64,000 nucleotides of DNA, from assembly GCF_035084215.1 (NCBI RefSeq), contig NC_090363.1:12400001-12464000 (forward strand). Direction: 5' to 3'. Origin of the DNA: Heptranchias perlo (lineage: Eukaryota). Shown here piece by piece: positions 10,561-24,215 of this stretch (the first letter of the stretch is position 1; every line of letters starts with the position of its first letter). Below the pieces are notes generated by a model. The model did no database searches and was not told the DNA's origin. It worked only from the letters and a program-made list of their open reading frames with translations. The position numbers and the translations under genes are program-made.

Positions 10561-10708
10561 GGGGGCGAATTCAACCTAACCCGACTGTCGGGAAACTGAC
10601 GGGATCGTGTGCATCGCTGGTTTAATACCCCATCCCATTATATCCACTATTGAACGCAAAGGGTTCTAAAACCGGCGTTTCACGCCATACTTGGGTTAAA
10701 ATTACCCC
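10561..10708. mobile_element. ~150-bp palindromic MITE in the intron (also 37692-37839, 50035-50181, 60643-60790)
   Basis: TIR-like GGGGG.AATTTAACCC / GGGTTAAAATTACCCC and inner arms CGCTGGTTTTATACCCC / GGGGTGTAAAACCGGCG; absent from the inverted intron duplicate. Confidence 0.75.
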
Positions 10709-11101
10709 TTCTGTCGCATAATTTGAAGGAAATCAATGGCTATTTTACTGAACTCTCTTCATCACTTGCTCAGGATGAAATGGCTTCTCATAAGTAATGT
10801 GTCTCCGAAAATATCATTGACAAAATCGTGAAAATGTCACAGTAAATCACGTGTGTCAAAGGAGGAGCCAATTTCCAGCAATTCGTATGCTGCACATACT
10901 TTATTCTCGACTGGAATCACTTAAATCAGCAGATAGTAGTGAGTGAATTTGGCACTGTCCTGATCTGGTTCTCTCAGTACAGCACCCGGTGAGACTGGGA
11001 GGAATCCGTCTCAGTAACAAGCCTCCTTTCTCACAAATACCAAACAGCCAATTCCAAAGGAGTGTGATTTTATATCTTGTTTTTTTTTCAATTTATTTCA
11101 G

Positions 11102-11997
11102 CAAACCTGATGTCAGTTGTGATCCTGTCCCGGGGAAAGTGCGGTCTCTCCAAAGGAATCACTCGTTACATGGCGGCCATGGCAGTAGCAGATCTAATGG
11201 TTTGCATGTTTAATGTAATATTACGAAATATCTTCAGGTATCATTTTCGAGATTCATGGTTGAGCTACACTTACGTGTGCCGTTTTACTGCTTTTATACA
11301 AGTATTTAGTAGCCAGCTCTCTGTCTGGTTCACAGTTTCATTCACGTTTGACCGCTTCATATCAATTTGTTGTCAGAAACTAAAATTGAAATATTGCACC
11401 GAAAGAACTGCCAGTGTAGTTTTAACGACCATATGTGTGGTCAGCTTTTTGATGAATATTCCTGTTTATTTCCGATTTGAGCCATACTATATGGTTGATA
11501 ATATACAGTGGGGCTGCCGTACAGTTAGAGGATATTTTTCTTCACCGGCATGGGTAGCTTACAAATGGATTAGCACTCTCTCATTCCCAATTCTCCCATT
11601 CCCTTTGTTATTGCTGTTAAATTCTCTCACTGCCAGGCACATCTTAGTGGCCAGTAGATCTCGCAGAGCCCTGAAGAGCCGAAACAATGGGGAGAACAGC
11701 ATTGATCCCGAGATGAAGAACCGAAGAACATCCATCATTCTGCTCTTCGCTGTCTCGGGGAGTTTTATTGTGTTGTGGACGCCGATTACTGTAATAAACA
11801 TCTGTGTCGGTGTGACGGAGACACTTAGTTTCAAAGGTTCAAACTCACTTTATTTGGCAATTAGAATCACACTTCTGCTGATGTATTTGAGCTCCTGCAC
11901 GAACACGTGCATTTATGCATTGACCCAGAGGAGATTCCGAGAGGAGATGAAGAATATGGTGAAATATCCGGTTACTTTCGTTATCAAGTTATTTTAA
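11102..11997 (+). CDS. GPR139-like GPCR copy 2, exon 2 (spliced 321 aa)
   Basis: TTTCAG acceptor ending at 11101; intact 7TM ORF with DRF and NTCIY. Confidence 0.92.
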
Positions 11998-12511
11998 TAA
12001 TTAAATTTTATTTACTCGCATTTTCCTGGTATCTAGGTTCGTTGTTGCTCCTTGAAGTGTTCGGCTGAGGCCAGGTATTGCACCCATTGGTTCTCATCCT
12101 TCCACAACACCAGTTGTCCATTTTCCTACCTCACAAGGTGATGGCAGTTCCGCTGCTGTTCTAAAACTCGCCATACCGATATGAGAAAACGAATCGCACC
12201 GAATTCTCTAAACATATTACTGATAGAATGTTTTGCGTTATCTAAAAGTTCACAACATTTCACAATGGTTCATTTTTTTAGATGAAAGGACAGAGAGCGA
12301 AGGTCCCCATCAGTTCTTGGCAAATTTCGGAAGATTCTCTTTGGCTCCTATGAGTGAAAATACCAGATACTCACCGTGAAGATTCCATCTGGTCTGTACA
12401 TGTGAGGGCATCAGTGACTCATTGTGGATATTTCTTCTGTATCCAATCCGTAAGGTTATCAGTGTGATCCCTATGTCTAACAGGTTGGAAGTTATGCTCC
12501 AGCTATACAAA

Positions 12512-14611
12512 CATAGAAACATAGAAAATAGGAGCAGGAGTAGGCATTCGTCCCATCAAGCATGTTCCGCCTTTCATTATAATCATGGCTGACCCTCTAT
12601 CTCAATGCCATATTCCCGCTCGCTCCCCATACCCTTCGATGCCTTCATTGTCTAGAAATTGATCTAGCTCCTTCTTAAATATATTTAGTGACTTGGCCTC
12701 TACAGCCTTCTGTGGAAGAGAATTACACAGGTTCACCACCCTCTGAGTGAAGAAGCTTCTCCTCATCTCAGTCCTAAATGTCCTACCCCATATCCTGAGA
12801 CTGTGACTCCTCGTTCTGGATCCCACAGCCAGGGGAAACATCCGCCCTGCATCCAGTCTGTCTAGCCCTGTCAGAGTTTTCAATGTTTCAATGAGATGCC
12901 CTCTCATTCTTCTAAACTGGAGTAAATACAGGCCGAGTCGACCCAATCAGTCCTCAAACGACAGTGCCGCCATCCCACGTATCAGCCTGGTGAACCTTCG
13001 TTGCACTCCGTCTATGGCAATTATATCCTTTATTAGATAAGGAGACCAAAACTGCACACAATACTCCAGATGTGGTCTCACCAAGCCCTGTATAACTGCA
13101 GTAAGACATATTTGCTCCTGTACTCAAATCCTCTTGCAATGAAGGCCAACATACCATTTGCCTTCCTAACTGCTTGCTGCACCTGCATGTTTGCTTTCAG
13201 TGACTGGTGTACAAGGACATCCAGGTCCCTTTGTACATTAACATTTCCCAGTCCATCACGATTTAAATAATACTCTGCCTTTCTGTTTTTTCTTCCGAAG
13301 TGGATAACTTCACATTTATCCACATTATACTGCATCTGCCATGTATTTGCCCACTCACTCAACTTACCTCAATCGCCTTGATGCCCCGTTTCTTTCTCCT
13401 CACATCTCATGATCCCACCTAGTTTTGTGTCGTCAGCAAACTTGGAAATATTACATTTGGTTCTCTCCTCCAAATCATTGATATATATTGTGAATAGCTG
13501 GGGCACAAGCACCGATCCCTGTAGTAACCCACTAGTCACTGCCTGCCACCACGAAAAAGACCCATTTATTCCAACTCTCTGTTTCCTGTCTGTTAACCAA
13601 TTTTCAATCCACGACAGTATATTACCCCCAATCCAATGTGCTTTAAATTTTCATGTGGGTCTTTATCAAAGGCTTTCTGAAATTCCAAATAAACCACATC
13701 TACTGGTTCTCCCTGATCTATTCTACCAGTTATATCCTCAAAAAACTGCAGTGATTTTGTCAAACATGATTTTCCTTTCAGAAATCCATGTTGAATTTGT
13801 CCAATCCCTTTGATATTTTCTAAGTGTCCTGTTATCACATCCTTTATAATAGACTCCAGCATTTTCCCTTCTACTGATGTTAGGCTACCCGGTCTGTAGT
13901 TCCCTGTTTTCTCTCTCCCTCAATTTTTAAAATAGTGGGCTTACATTTGCCACCCTCCAATCTGCAGGAACTGTTCCATAATCGATCGAATTTTGGAAAA
14001 TGACAACTCATGCATCCACTATTTCCATGGTTACCGCTTTCAGTATTCTGGGATGCAGATTATCAGGCCCTGTGGATTTATCGGCTTTCAGTCCCATTAA
14101 TTTTTCCCGTACTATTTTTTTACTAATACTAATTTCCTTTAATTCCTCCTTCTCACTACTCCCTTAGTTCCCTAGCATTTCTGGGAAGTTGTTTTTGTCC
14201 TCTTCCGTGAAGACAGAACCAAAGTATTTGTTCAATTGCTCTGCCATTTCCTTCTTCCCCATTATAAATTCTTTCGTTTCTGACTGTGAGGGACTTACAT
14301 TTGTCTTCGCTAATCTTTTTCTTTTTACATACTTGTTGAAGCTTTTACAGTCCACTTCGATGTCACTTGCAAGTTTACTCTCATCCTCTATTTTTCCCTT
14401 CTTAATTGATCTCTTGATCCTTTTTTGCTGAATTCTAAACAGCTCCCAATCTTCAGGCTTGCTTCTTTTTCCGGTAACTTTATATGATTCCTCTTTTGAT
14501 CTAATACCATTCTTAATTTCTTTTGTTAGCCACGGTTAGGCCGCTTTTCCTTTTGCGTTTTCGTGCCAGAAAGGAATGTATAATTGTTGCAATGCATGCA
14601 TTGCTTCCTGT
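12512..14611 (-). mobile_element. CR1 LINE, ~2.1 kb, 5'-truncated, TSD TATACAAA (B-type marker)
   Basis: RT peptides QHGFLKGKSCLT, VDVVYLEFQKAFDK, FADDTKLGG; (TTTCTATG)n tail; TSD at 12504-12511 and 14612-14619. Confidence 0.92.
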
Positions 14612-16135
14612 TATACAAAGCCCTGGTTAGACCGCACCTGGAGAACTGTGTACAGTTCAAAGTACCTCAACATTGCCAGGATATTGAACTTGATGGAAGG
14701 GCAGCGTTGATTTACTAGAATGATACTTGGACTCCAAGGGTTAAATTATGAGAGATTACACAAACTAGGGTTGTATTCCCTGGAATGTGAAAGATTAAGG
14801 GGTGATTTGCTCGAAGTTTTCAAGATATTAAAGGGAACTGATAGGGTAGATAGAGAGAAAGTATTTACGCTTGTTGAGGACTCTAGGACTAGGGGACATA
14901 GCCGAAAATTACAGCCAGCATCTTGAGGAGTGAAGTTAGGAAACGCTTCCACACGCAAAGGATGATAGAAGTTTGGAACTCTCTTCGGCAAACGGCAGTT
15001 GATGCTAACTCAATTGTTAATTGTTAATCTGAGATTGATAGATTTTTGTTAACTAAAGGTGTCAATGGATTTGGGGCGAAGGCGGGTATATAGAGTTAGA
15101 TCAGAGATCAGCCATGAATTCTTTAAATGGCAGAATAGGCTCGAGGAGTTAAATGGCCTACTCATGTGCCTATGATCCAATGTTCCAATGATATCAGAAC
15201 CATAACAATATGGTATGTAATTCCGCAACAAGTAAGGGACAAAAATAGTGTGTCTTTGTGACAAGGTCCACACAGCTCTCCTGACGGGAGATTGATAGAC
15301 ACAGGAAGTCACATTGTTGGGTGTGCGAGGTTATATAACAATTGGACCATATTGTAAATAGCAGGGTTTTTTAATTTAATTTATTCTCAGAATGTGTACA
15401 TCCCTGGCTAGGCCGGCCTTTATTGCCCATCGCTAGTTGCTGTGAGAAGGTGATGACGGACTTTCTTCCTTGAATCATCTTTATTGGTATGATACAAATG
15501 TGTGGCTTGCATGTCCATTATGAGGGTAGATAAGGGTCAACCAAGTAACAATAGGCCAGAATCTATGACAGTTTTCCTTCCCTGAAGGACATCATTGAAC
15601 CGATTCGGTTTTTAAAACTATCAGATTGCCTTATGATCACTTTTACTGGCTTTTTTTTCCAGATGTCCAGGGAAACAGAATTAAAATTCTCATAAAGCGG
15701 TGCTGCAATTTGAACTCAAGGTCTCTGAATTACTAGCCCAGGAATATAACCGTTACATTGTCGTAACCGTTATATCATTATAATGCACTGTCAAGCTTGC
15801 CCAATTCATGAATCTGAGCCTTGTTTGTTAAAGATCTGCTCCAATTAGAAGATTATGATTTGATTTTTGGCGTTAGGAGCTCAACTATTCGCTTCAATGC
15901 TCAAGGACTGAGGACATGTAGAAGTTGGGCGGGGTCCATTCTCCTGGTCAAATTTAAATGACCCCTCTGCGAAAGTATGCATGTCTGGAGGCTGGGAGCA
16001 GCTCAGCTTGAATTAAACCTGGAGTACATCACATGTAGAGAATCACAGTGCATCCTGACAGGCAGTGAAAGATCACACGCTCTGGACCATGTGTCATACT
16101 GAGCAGAAAACCACCGCCTATGTTAACACGTGAAA

Positions 16136-16616
16136 TCACTTACTTTGTGCAGAAATACATAGCACATTTTATTGCTTCTGATACCTTTGCACACGGTGAC
16201 TAAAGGTATTCTTGATCCGTTCCTGATGTCCTCTCACATATAAACCAGTTGTAACCACCCTGTTCTGTAGCTGATATTTTCACTCATATGGACCAATGGC
16301 AACCATTCCGTTCTGCAGATTATGTAGTCACGCATAGGGACCAGATGGAATCTTCCAGTTATGTACCTGAGATCTTCACTCATAGGGACCAAAGGAAATT
16401 TTCCCATAGTGTAGATGATACGTTTACTCATAGGGATCAAAGGGAATCTTCCTATTCTGCATCTGATATCTTCACTCATAGCGACCTGATGGCCTCCTCA
16501 CATTTTGTATCTGACATCTTGACTCGTAGGGAAAAAAGGAATCTTCCACCCTTTGTCAAGCACTGATGGGAATCTTCCCCTGCTGCGTTTTCATCTAAAA
16601 AATGAACAATTGTGAA
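16136..16616. repeat. Right arm / 48-bp minisatellite, unit 2
   Basis: Same 48-bp units; the reverse complement of its end matches 12258-12370. Confidence 0.85.
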
Positions 16617-19544
16617 CAATATTAAGGATTAAGTGATGCATGTGATCGTCCAACATTCACCAGATTCAAACATCTAGATGAAAGTGTCCAATATGTCACT
16701 TGTAAGTCAATATTTTCTCCCAGTCTACATATATTGTAAATTTATCTTCAGAATTGATCGCAACTGGGGTAATACAAAAATCTAATTCATTGCCTGCATG
16801 CCTGATTGATTACTTGTTTGCTCTGGTGAGCAGATCTGAATCCACATTGCAATGAATTTACCTGATTTTAAAATATTTTAGTCAGCCAAATCTGCAGAAA
16901 TACTTTTCCATGCAATTTGATTTGATATAACTGTCCTGCTTGACGTGTCGAAGGCCATTTTATCAGGACATAAGCAATCTTCTAAGGGGCTGATGTGCAA
17001 ATGATGTCATTCAGATGATGATAAACTTAGGCAAGAAACGTTGGTGGATTAAAAGAGAAAAGTTGATTATATCGGCCTGCTATCAACAAAATGGTGGATA
17101 AGATTGCACAATGAATGATAAAAGTAATTATTTTGGGAAAGGAACGGAGTGATGCAGAGAACAGATTGTGGGGAGGTCCTCAGTTGAAAATAAAAGAATC
17201 AGGCGATGGGCCATGAGCAACTGCGCAGGTAGAGGGTCTTATGCGGATGTTTGTCAGCAATCAGCCAATCTTTCATTCAAAATCTTATGATATTAGCTTG
17301 TTTAGTTGTTCAAATTTCAATCCCTGTCAATGGCGTTGACTATCAGCAAATTAAATTACCAAAATACTCACCAGTAGGAATCTGATGGTGGATCGATATA
17401 TATCGAGGACATCGGTATAACTGCCTCATCGAACTCCATGCTGGTGTTCAAAGATTAGAAGAGATCTTTCATGTCGATGAAGTAATTAAGATTTGAAAAT
17501 TACCGCCTTAATTTTGGAAAACACAGGGTTAAGTGCTTAACCTTGGCCTTTCGTTAGAAAGTCAGAGCAATCGACGTTCTTTGGGATGGAACGTTGACAA
17601 ACAGCTCTTTAACTGAAAAGGATATGAGGAATGAATGCAACCGACGGTGTGCAAACAGAACAACACGTGACTGCGATCAGACACATGCATCCAGAGAATC
17701 AAAGGAAGAATTCTACCAGAATTAGATTTTTTTTGGAGTCAATGACAGGCAGGATCCGACATACAGTTTATGATAATCTTGACAACATTACATAAAATGG
17801 CCGTGAGAAAGCCTTGAAGACATTTTAGTGAAGTTTCACTGTATGGTTGGTATTTTAATATATTCCAATTTCGCTTTCAAAAGCTTAACACACAATAAAA
17901 CATGTGCATGAGACAGGAAATCAACGTAGGAACGGAAGTATGTCATTCAGTCCCTCGAGACTTTTCCGCTGTTCAATGAGATCATGACTTATCTGTATCC
18001 TAATTTCATCCACCCGCCTTGGTTCCATATCCTTAAATAACCTTGGCTGGAAAAACTGTCAACGATCTCAGATTTAAAGTTATTAATTGAAGTAGCATCT
18101 ATTGCTTTTTGTGGGAGAGAGTTCCACATTGAGAATCTATGTGTGAAGAAAGATTTCCTAACTTCTCTCCTGAATGGCCTTGCTCTGAATTTAAGGTTAT
18201 GGCCCTTTGTCGTCGACTCCACAATCAGCAGAAAAAAAATTGTCTTCATCTACCCTATCAATTCCTTTCAAAATCCTAAAAACGTCAATCAATTCACCCG
18301 TTACCCTTCTATATTCGAGGGACTACAAGCCTGGTTTGTGTATTCTCAGCTCATAATCTAATCCTTGGACCCATGGTAACATTCACCTGAATTTGCGCTG
18401 CACTTCTTCCAAGGACAATATATCCTTCCAGAGGCGCAGTGTCTATTACTATACACAGTACTCCAGATGTAGACTAACCAGGGCTTTGTATAACTGCAGC
18501 AAAGTTTCCTCTCCTTCAAATTCCAGCCCTCTACTTATAAAGGCTAACATTCCATTAGGCTTTTTGTTTATTTTTTGTCCCTGACGACTACATTTTAGTG
18601 ATCTGTGTAAATGGACCACAACATATCTTTGGACTTCCACTGTTCCTAAATTTTCACCATTTTAAAATACTCGGATCAATCCCTTTTTGGTCTAAAATGG
18701 ATGATCTCACACTTGCCTGAATTGAAATTTCAATAAATTGCACACAACAAATGTTAGACTAATAGATTTTAAATTTCATGGTATTTCTCTCTCATTTTTC
18801 TTAAATAATGGAGTTACATTTGCAGTATTCCAATGTGAAGGGCCAATTCCAGATTCGGGAGAGCTTTGAAGATTATGGCTAAAGCAACTGTAATTTCCTC
18901 ACCTAATTCCTTTAAAATCTTGGTTGTAAACTATAAGGCCTGGGGATTTGTCATTCCATACGGCCGTTATTATTTCTAATTCAATTTTCTTGCTTACATT
19001 ATCGTCAGTGAGTTCCAGTCCTTGATTCATCATTAGTTTCCCTGAAATGTCAGGAATGCTATCCTATTCCTCTACTGTGAAGACTGACACAAAGGAATTA
19101 TCCATCACGTCAACCATTTCCTTATTTTCATTTGCAATATTACCAGCATCTTTTTTGATCACCCCTTTTATTGTAAAATAATGATAAACACACTTTTAAA
19201 GTCCCTGCTATCTTTCCAGAGACAGGAGATGGGATTGTTCGATGGAGATGGAGGATTTGCTCAATTCAATACGGTCAGAATTAAATTGTGTCCCTCACAT
19301 CTGCACTGCATTGAAGCTGTTCCCAGTAAACATCCTGAGGCAATGAAATGGGTAACCGTGTCTGAGAAATTTAAAAGTGACAAAACACACAAAGGAAGAG
19401 GAGATGGGAGAAAATACAAAATCTGAGGCGCAGAACAGAGCACAAGGAAGGTGTTAGCAACAATTACAGTTTTGCATCTGTTGTGTATTTGCAGCAGATG
19501 CTGTTTAACTTTAGTTCTTTAATGTAGTCGCTGGACAGCGAGTG

Positions 19545-19760
19545 CTGTTCCTGGGGAGGCTGAGGTACTTGGGCACAAGGGGTGTAGGAGATAGGCAGTG
19601 AGGGTACCTGGGGTCCTTGGGCAACAGTGTGAAGGGGAGACAGGCTGCGAGGTGTCCCTGGGTTGCTTGTGCCACAGAGGAGGAGAAGACAGTTGTTGAG
19701 GGAGCCCTGGGGTGCTTGGACCACAGGGGGGAGGGGAAACAGGCTGCGAGGGGTCCTTGG
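19545..19760. repeat. G-rich ~50-bp degenerate tandem repeat, B-type units only (also ~46625-46790)
   Basis: CCTGGGGT.CTTGG.CACAG..GGGGAGACAGGCTGCGAGG repeated about 4 times; one unit fewer in unit 4. Confidence 0.7.
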
Positions 19761-22582
19761 ATTATATTATGTGAACAGTGACACCGATACACACATACAT
19801 TGAACAGTCAGTAACACATGTCCCGTGAATGTGCTGACTCATTTATGACACATTTTTAATATCAAATCAAAAATTCCTAGGTATGACAGAGACTTTACGT
19901 CAATCATTCCCTTTTGCTCACGGTGTAAGTACATGTACAGGAGCTGAAACTGAGACACACATGGGCCATACAGTCCCAGACGGGAGTGAATCGTTCCCTT
20001 GTACCCGCTGTGCGCTGTACACGGAGATGAGCTGACAATGAGACACACACAGGCCTCACATTACCAGACGGGAGTGAATTATTCCCTTTTACCCGCTGTG
20101 TGCTGTCCAAGTACAAAAGCTGAAACTGAGACACATACGAGCCATACAGTCCCAGACGGGAATGAATCATTCCTATTTACTCTGTATGGTATTACATAGA
20201 GTTATATCGAATTTACAGCACAGAAACAGGCCACTCGGCCCAACTGGTCTGTGCTCGTTTTTATACTCCGCACAAGCCTCGTTTCACTTTATTTCATCAA
20301 ACCCTATCTGCATGTCCTCGATCACTTTCTCTGACATGTACTTAGTATGCTTCCCCTTAACTACATTTCTACTATTCGCCTGAACTGCTCCATGTGGCAG
20401 CAAGTTCCACATTCCAACATCTTTGTGGGTAAAGAATTTTCTCTGAATTATTTATTGGATTTATTACTAACTATCTTATTTTTATGGCCCATCGTTTTGG
20501 ATTCCTCCATTAGTGGTAACATCTTCTCTCCGTCTACCCTCTCAAACACCTTCATAATTATGAAAACTACTATGAGATCACCCCTCAGCCTTCAGTTTTC
20601 TGGAGAAAAGAGCTCCAGCCTGTTTGGTCTTTCCCGATAGTTGTACCCTCTCAATTTTGATATCATCCTTGTAAACCTCTTTTGAACTTTCTCCAGTGCC
20701 CCTATACGCTGTTGTAATATGGAGACCGGAGCTGTACGCAGTATTCCAAGTGTGGTCTAACCAACATTCTATATAGGTTGAACAAAACTTCTCTGCTTTT
20801 CAATTCTATTCACTTAGAAACGAACCCTTGTGCTTTCTTTGCATGTTATGGCCTTTTATGGAGGAGGATGGTGTTCTCAACCGTGTCAAAGTCTGAGGTC
20901 AGGTCGAGCAGGACGAGACGGGATAGCTCACCACGGTCACAGTCATATAGGATGTAATTTGTGACTTTGATAAGGGCCGTTTTCGTGCTGTAGCAGAGGC
21001 GGAAGCCTGATTGGAAGGATTCAATCATGGCGTTGCGGGAAAGATGGGCACATGTTTGGGAGGCGAAAACAACTTCAAGGACCTTGGAGTGGAAATGTAG
21101 ATCGGAGATGGTAGTTTGCATGGACAGGTGGGCCAAGGTTTTTTTTTGTGAGCAGGGGGTGATGGCGGCAGATTTAAAGGAGAGCGGGTCGATAAAATAG
21201 CCATTGATTTGCTTCAATTTCTGACACAAAAGAAACAGAGTTCACAGCATGAGAGGAGTTTAGAAATACACGTGAGTCAGAAATACAAAATCTTGGAGAA
21301 GTGTAACAGGCCTGTTAACAACTGGAAGAGAAACTCAGGTTAAAACTCCGCATGAGGGGCCTCACATTAGACCTGGTGGCTACAGTTATTCCAGGAAATG
21401 GGACAGGGACAATATCAGCTAACATGGGGGCTCGGAAGAGAGGTTGGGTGGTCAGCAGTTGGGTGAGAATAGGGTTGACGTAGCAGGAAGTGGGTTTCAT
21501 GGTCAAGATAAGCTTGAAGAGGGCATGAGGGGAGATAGGAGAGAAACTGGAGAATGATGGAAGTTCAAGGCAAAGGCTGGTAAGATATTGGTGTAAGTTT
21601 TGCTCGGTGGGCTTACGGAAGGGAGGGAAGCGGAAGAGGCAGCTGAACCGATAGCCTCAATCTTAGAAATAGAGTACTGTTGTTGGAGTTGAGGGTAGAG
21701 GGGGCAGGACAAAGAGTTTTAAAAAGACGGTTTGTGGTGAAGAGAAGCCGGGGGTTATGTTTGCATTCCAGGATGATCTTGGAATAGTGAGCAATTTTGA
21801 CAGAGGAGAACAGGACCCGATAAAACTTTATGTGCTCCATCCAGATCTGGCAATGAATTGCTAAACAAGTTGTCTGCCGTTAATGTTCAAATCTGGGTCC
21901 CATCGACTTAAGGGAGTGGAGATGGGGACTGTACCAGGGGCAAGGACCAGGGTGAGAGAGAGTAATGTTTTTAAGGAGCAAGGGCATCAAAGTTGGAGGT
22001 GCGTTTGTGATTGAGCAGATAGGTAGCCATTAGGTACAATGCAGATATATAATATTGATCAAGATAACCATTCAGGGTACGACATTGACCAATGGTCACT
22101 CAATCGCCGACCATGTTGCGCTGGTGAAATTGTGTTAATTGCCGTGGCACCTGATTGAACGGTGCTGCCGGGTGAGGACCCATTTTATATTGCACTCCCA
22201 GCATCGATATTGTATGTCATGAAGTCAATACGATTTACTCTATCACTTTATCACTCTCACAGCTTTTCGATATCATTTACACTTTGACTGTTATGTGCCA
22301 ACGGACGGGTTCACATTTTATTCCCCTTCTTCTCCATTTCACTTTTAATTTTTATAACTGGTGCAAAGAAGCCTTCGCAGAATTAATTAAAGCACTGTGT
22401 TACAAAGAGCAGAATAACGCGATCAAGATGATGTAATGAGGTAACAGGTTCAGAGCGGGGCATTAATTAGCCTGAGAATGCCCATTGGAGCCTTGATTTC
22501 CTCACTGCCTCATTAAGTGATCGTTTTGAAAATAATTGTATTCTGATGTGTTTGTTCGAGGGCGCGTGGCTCAGACCTGGTC

Positions 22583-22628
22583 TTATGTAAAACCACTGTC
22601 TCCCTGTGGGATTGGCTGGTGCATAAAA
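22583..22628 (+). promoter_or_regulatory. Core promoter of copy 3 (CATAAAA TATA variant)
   Basis: TTATGTAA at 22583, TCCCTGTGGGA, CATAAAA at 22622-22628. Confidence 0.6.
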
Positions 22629-22704
22629 CAGCTCCTGTTTTAATGCATTGCCTTTGTGTCCAAACTAGATCATTGCTTCCACGATTGTCTCGCTTAGTCA
22701 GGAA

Positions 22705-22774
22705 ATGGGACGACCAGCAATTTTCTACGAGTCAGTCATTTGCTATCCAATTCTTGCAATTATTGGTCTTCCCA
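22705..22774 (+). CDS. GPR139-like GPCR copy 3, exon 1 (MGRPAIFYESVICYPILAIIGLP)
   Basis: ATG at 22705, 70 nt, GTAAGT donor at 22775. Confidence 0.88.
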
Positions 22775-23316
22775 GTAAGTAATAACTTAATGACGAAAGG
22801 TCATCGACCTGAAACGATAACTCTGCTTCTTTCTCCACAGATGCTGTCTCACTGAGTATTTTCAGCATTTTCTGTTTTTATTTCAGAGTTCCAGCATCCG
22901 CAGTATTCTGCTCTTGCAGTAATAACAAATATTTATTATGTGGACCATTGTTCAGTGCATTGTTACTTTCACTATGATGAAAAGGCTTCTCATCAGTAAT
23001 GTGTCTCTCATAAGATCATTGACAAACTCGTGAAAGTGTCACAGTAAATCACGTGTGTCAAAAAAGGAGCCAATTTACAGCAATTCGTACGTTGCACATC
23101 TTTTATTCTTGAATGAGGTCAATTAAATCAGTGAGTGAACTTGACAACACCCTGTTCTGGATGTCTCAGTAACCCACCCAGTGAGACTGGGAGGAATCCG
23201 TTTCAGTAACAAGCCTCCTGTTTCACAGTTACGAAACATTGAATTCCAAGGAGTGTGAATTTATATCGCTGATCTTTTTCTTCGTTAATTCTCCAATTTT
23301 TTCCAATTTCTTACAG

Positions 23317-24215
23317 CGAATCTGATGTCAGTTGTGATCCTGTCCCGCGGAAAGTGCGGTCTCTCCAAAGGAATCACTCGTTACATGGCGGCCATGGCAG
23401 TAGCAGATCTGATGGTTTGCATGTTTAATGTCATTTTGCAAAACATCTTTAGGTATCATTTTCGAGATTCATGGTTGAGCTACACTTACGTGTGCCGTTT
23501 TACTGCTTTTATGCAAGTATTTAGTAGCCAACTCTCTGTCTGGTTCACAGTATCATTCACCTTTGACCGCTTCATATCCATTTGTTGTCAGAAACTAAAA
23601 TTAAAATATTGCAGCGAAGGTACTGCCACTGTGGTTTTAACGATCGTGTGTGTGCTCTGCTTTTTGATGAATATTCCTGTTTATTTCCGATTTGAGCCAT
23701 ACTATAGAGTTGATCATAAAGAGTGGGGCTGCCGTACAGTAACAGGATATTTTTCTTCACCGGCATGGGTAGCTTACAAATGGATTAGCACTCTCTCATC
23801 CCCAATTCTCCCATTCCCTTTGTTATTGCTGTTAAATTCTCTCACTGCCAGGCACATCTTAGTGGCCAGTAGATCTCGCAGAGCCCTGAAGAGCCGCAAC
23901 AAGCGGGAGAACAGCAGTGATCCCGAGATGAAGAACCGAAGAACATCCATCATTCTGCTCTTCGCTATCTCGGGGAGTTTTATTGTGTTGTGGACGCCGA
24001 TTACTGTAATAAACATCTGTGTCGGTGTGACGGAGACACCTACTTTCAAAGGTTCAAACTCACTTTATTTGGCAATTAGAATCACACTTGTGCTGATGTA
24101 TTTGAGCTCCTGCACGAACACGTGCATTTATGCATTGACACAGAGGAGATTCCGAGAGGAGATGAAGAATATGGTGAAATATCCGGTTACTCTCATTAAT
24201 AAGTTACTTAAATAA
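23317..24215 (+). CDS. GPR139-like GPCR copy 3, exon 2 (spliced 322 aa)
   Basis: TTACAG acceptor ending at 23316; intact 7TM ORF. Confidence 0.92.
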
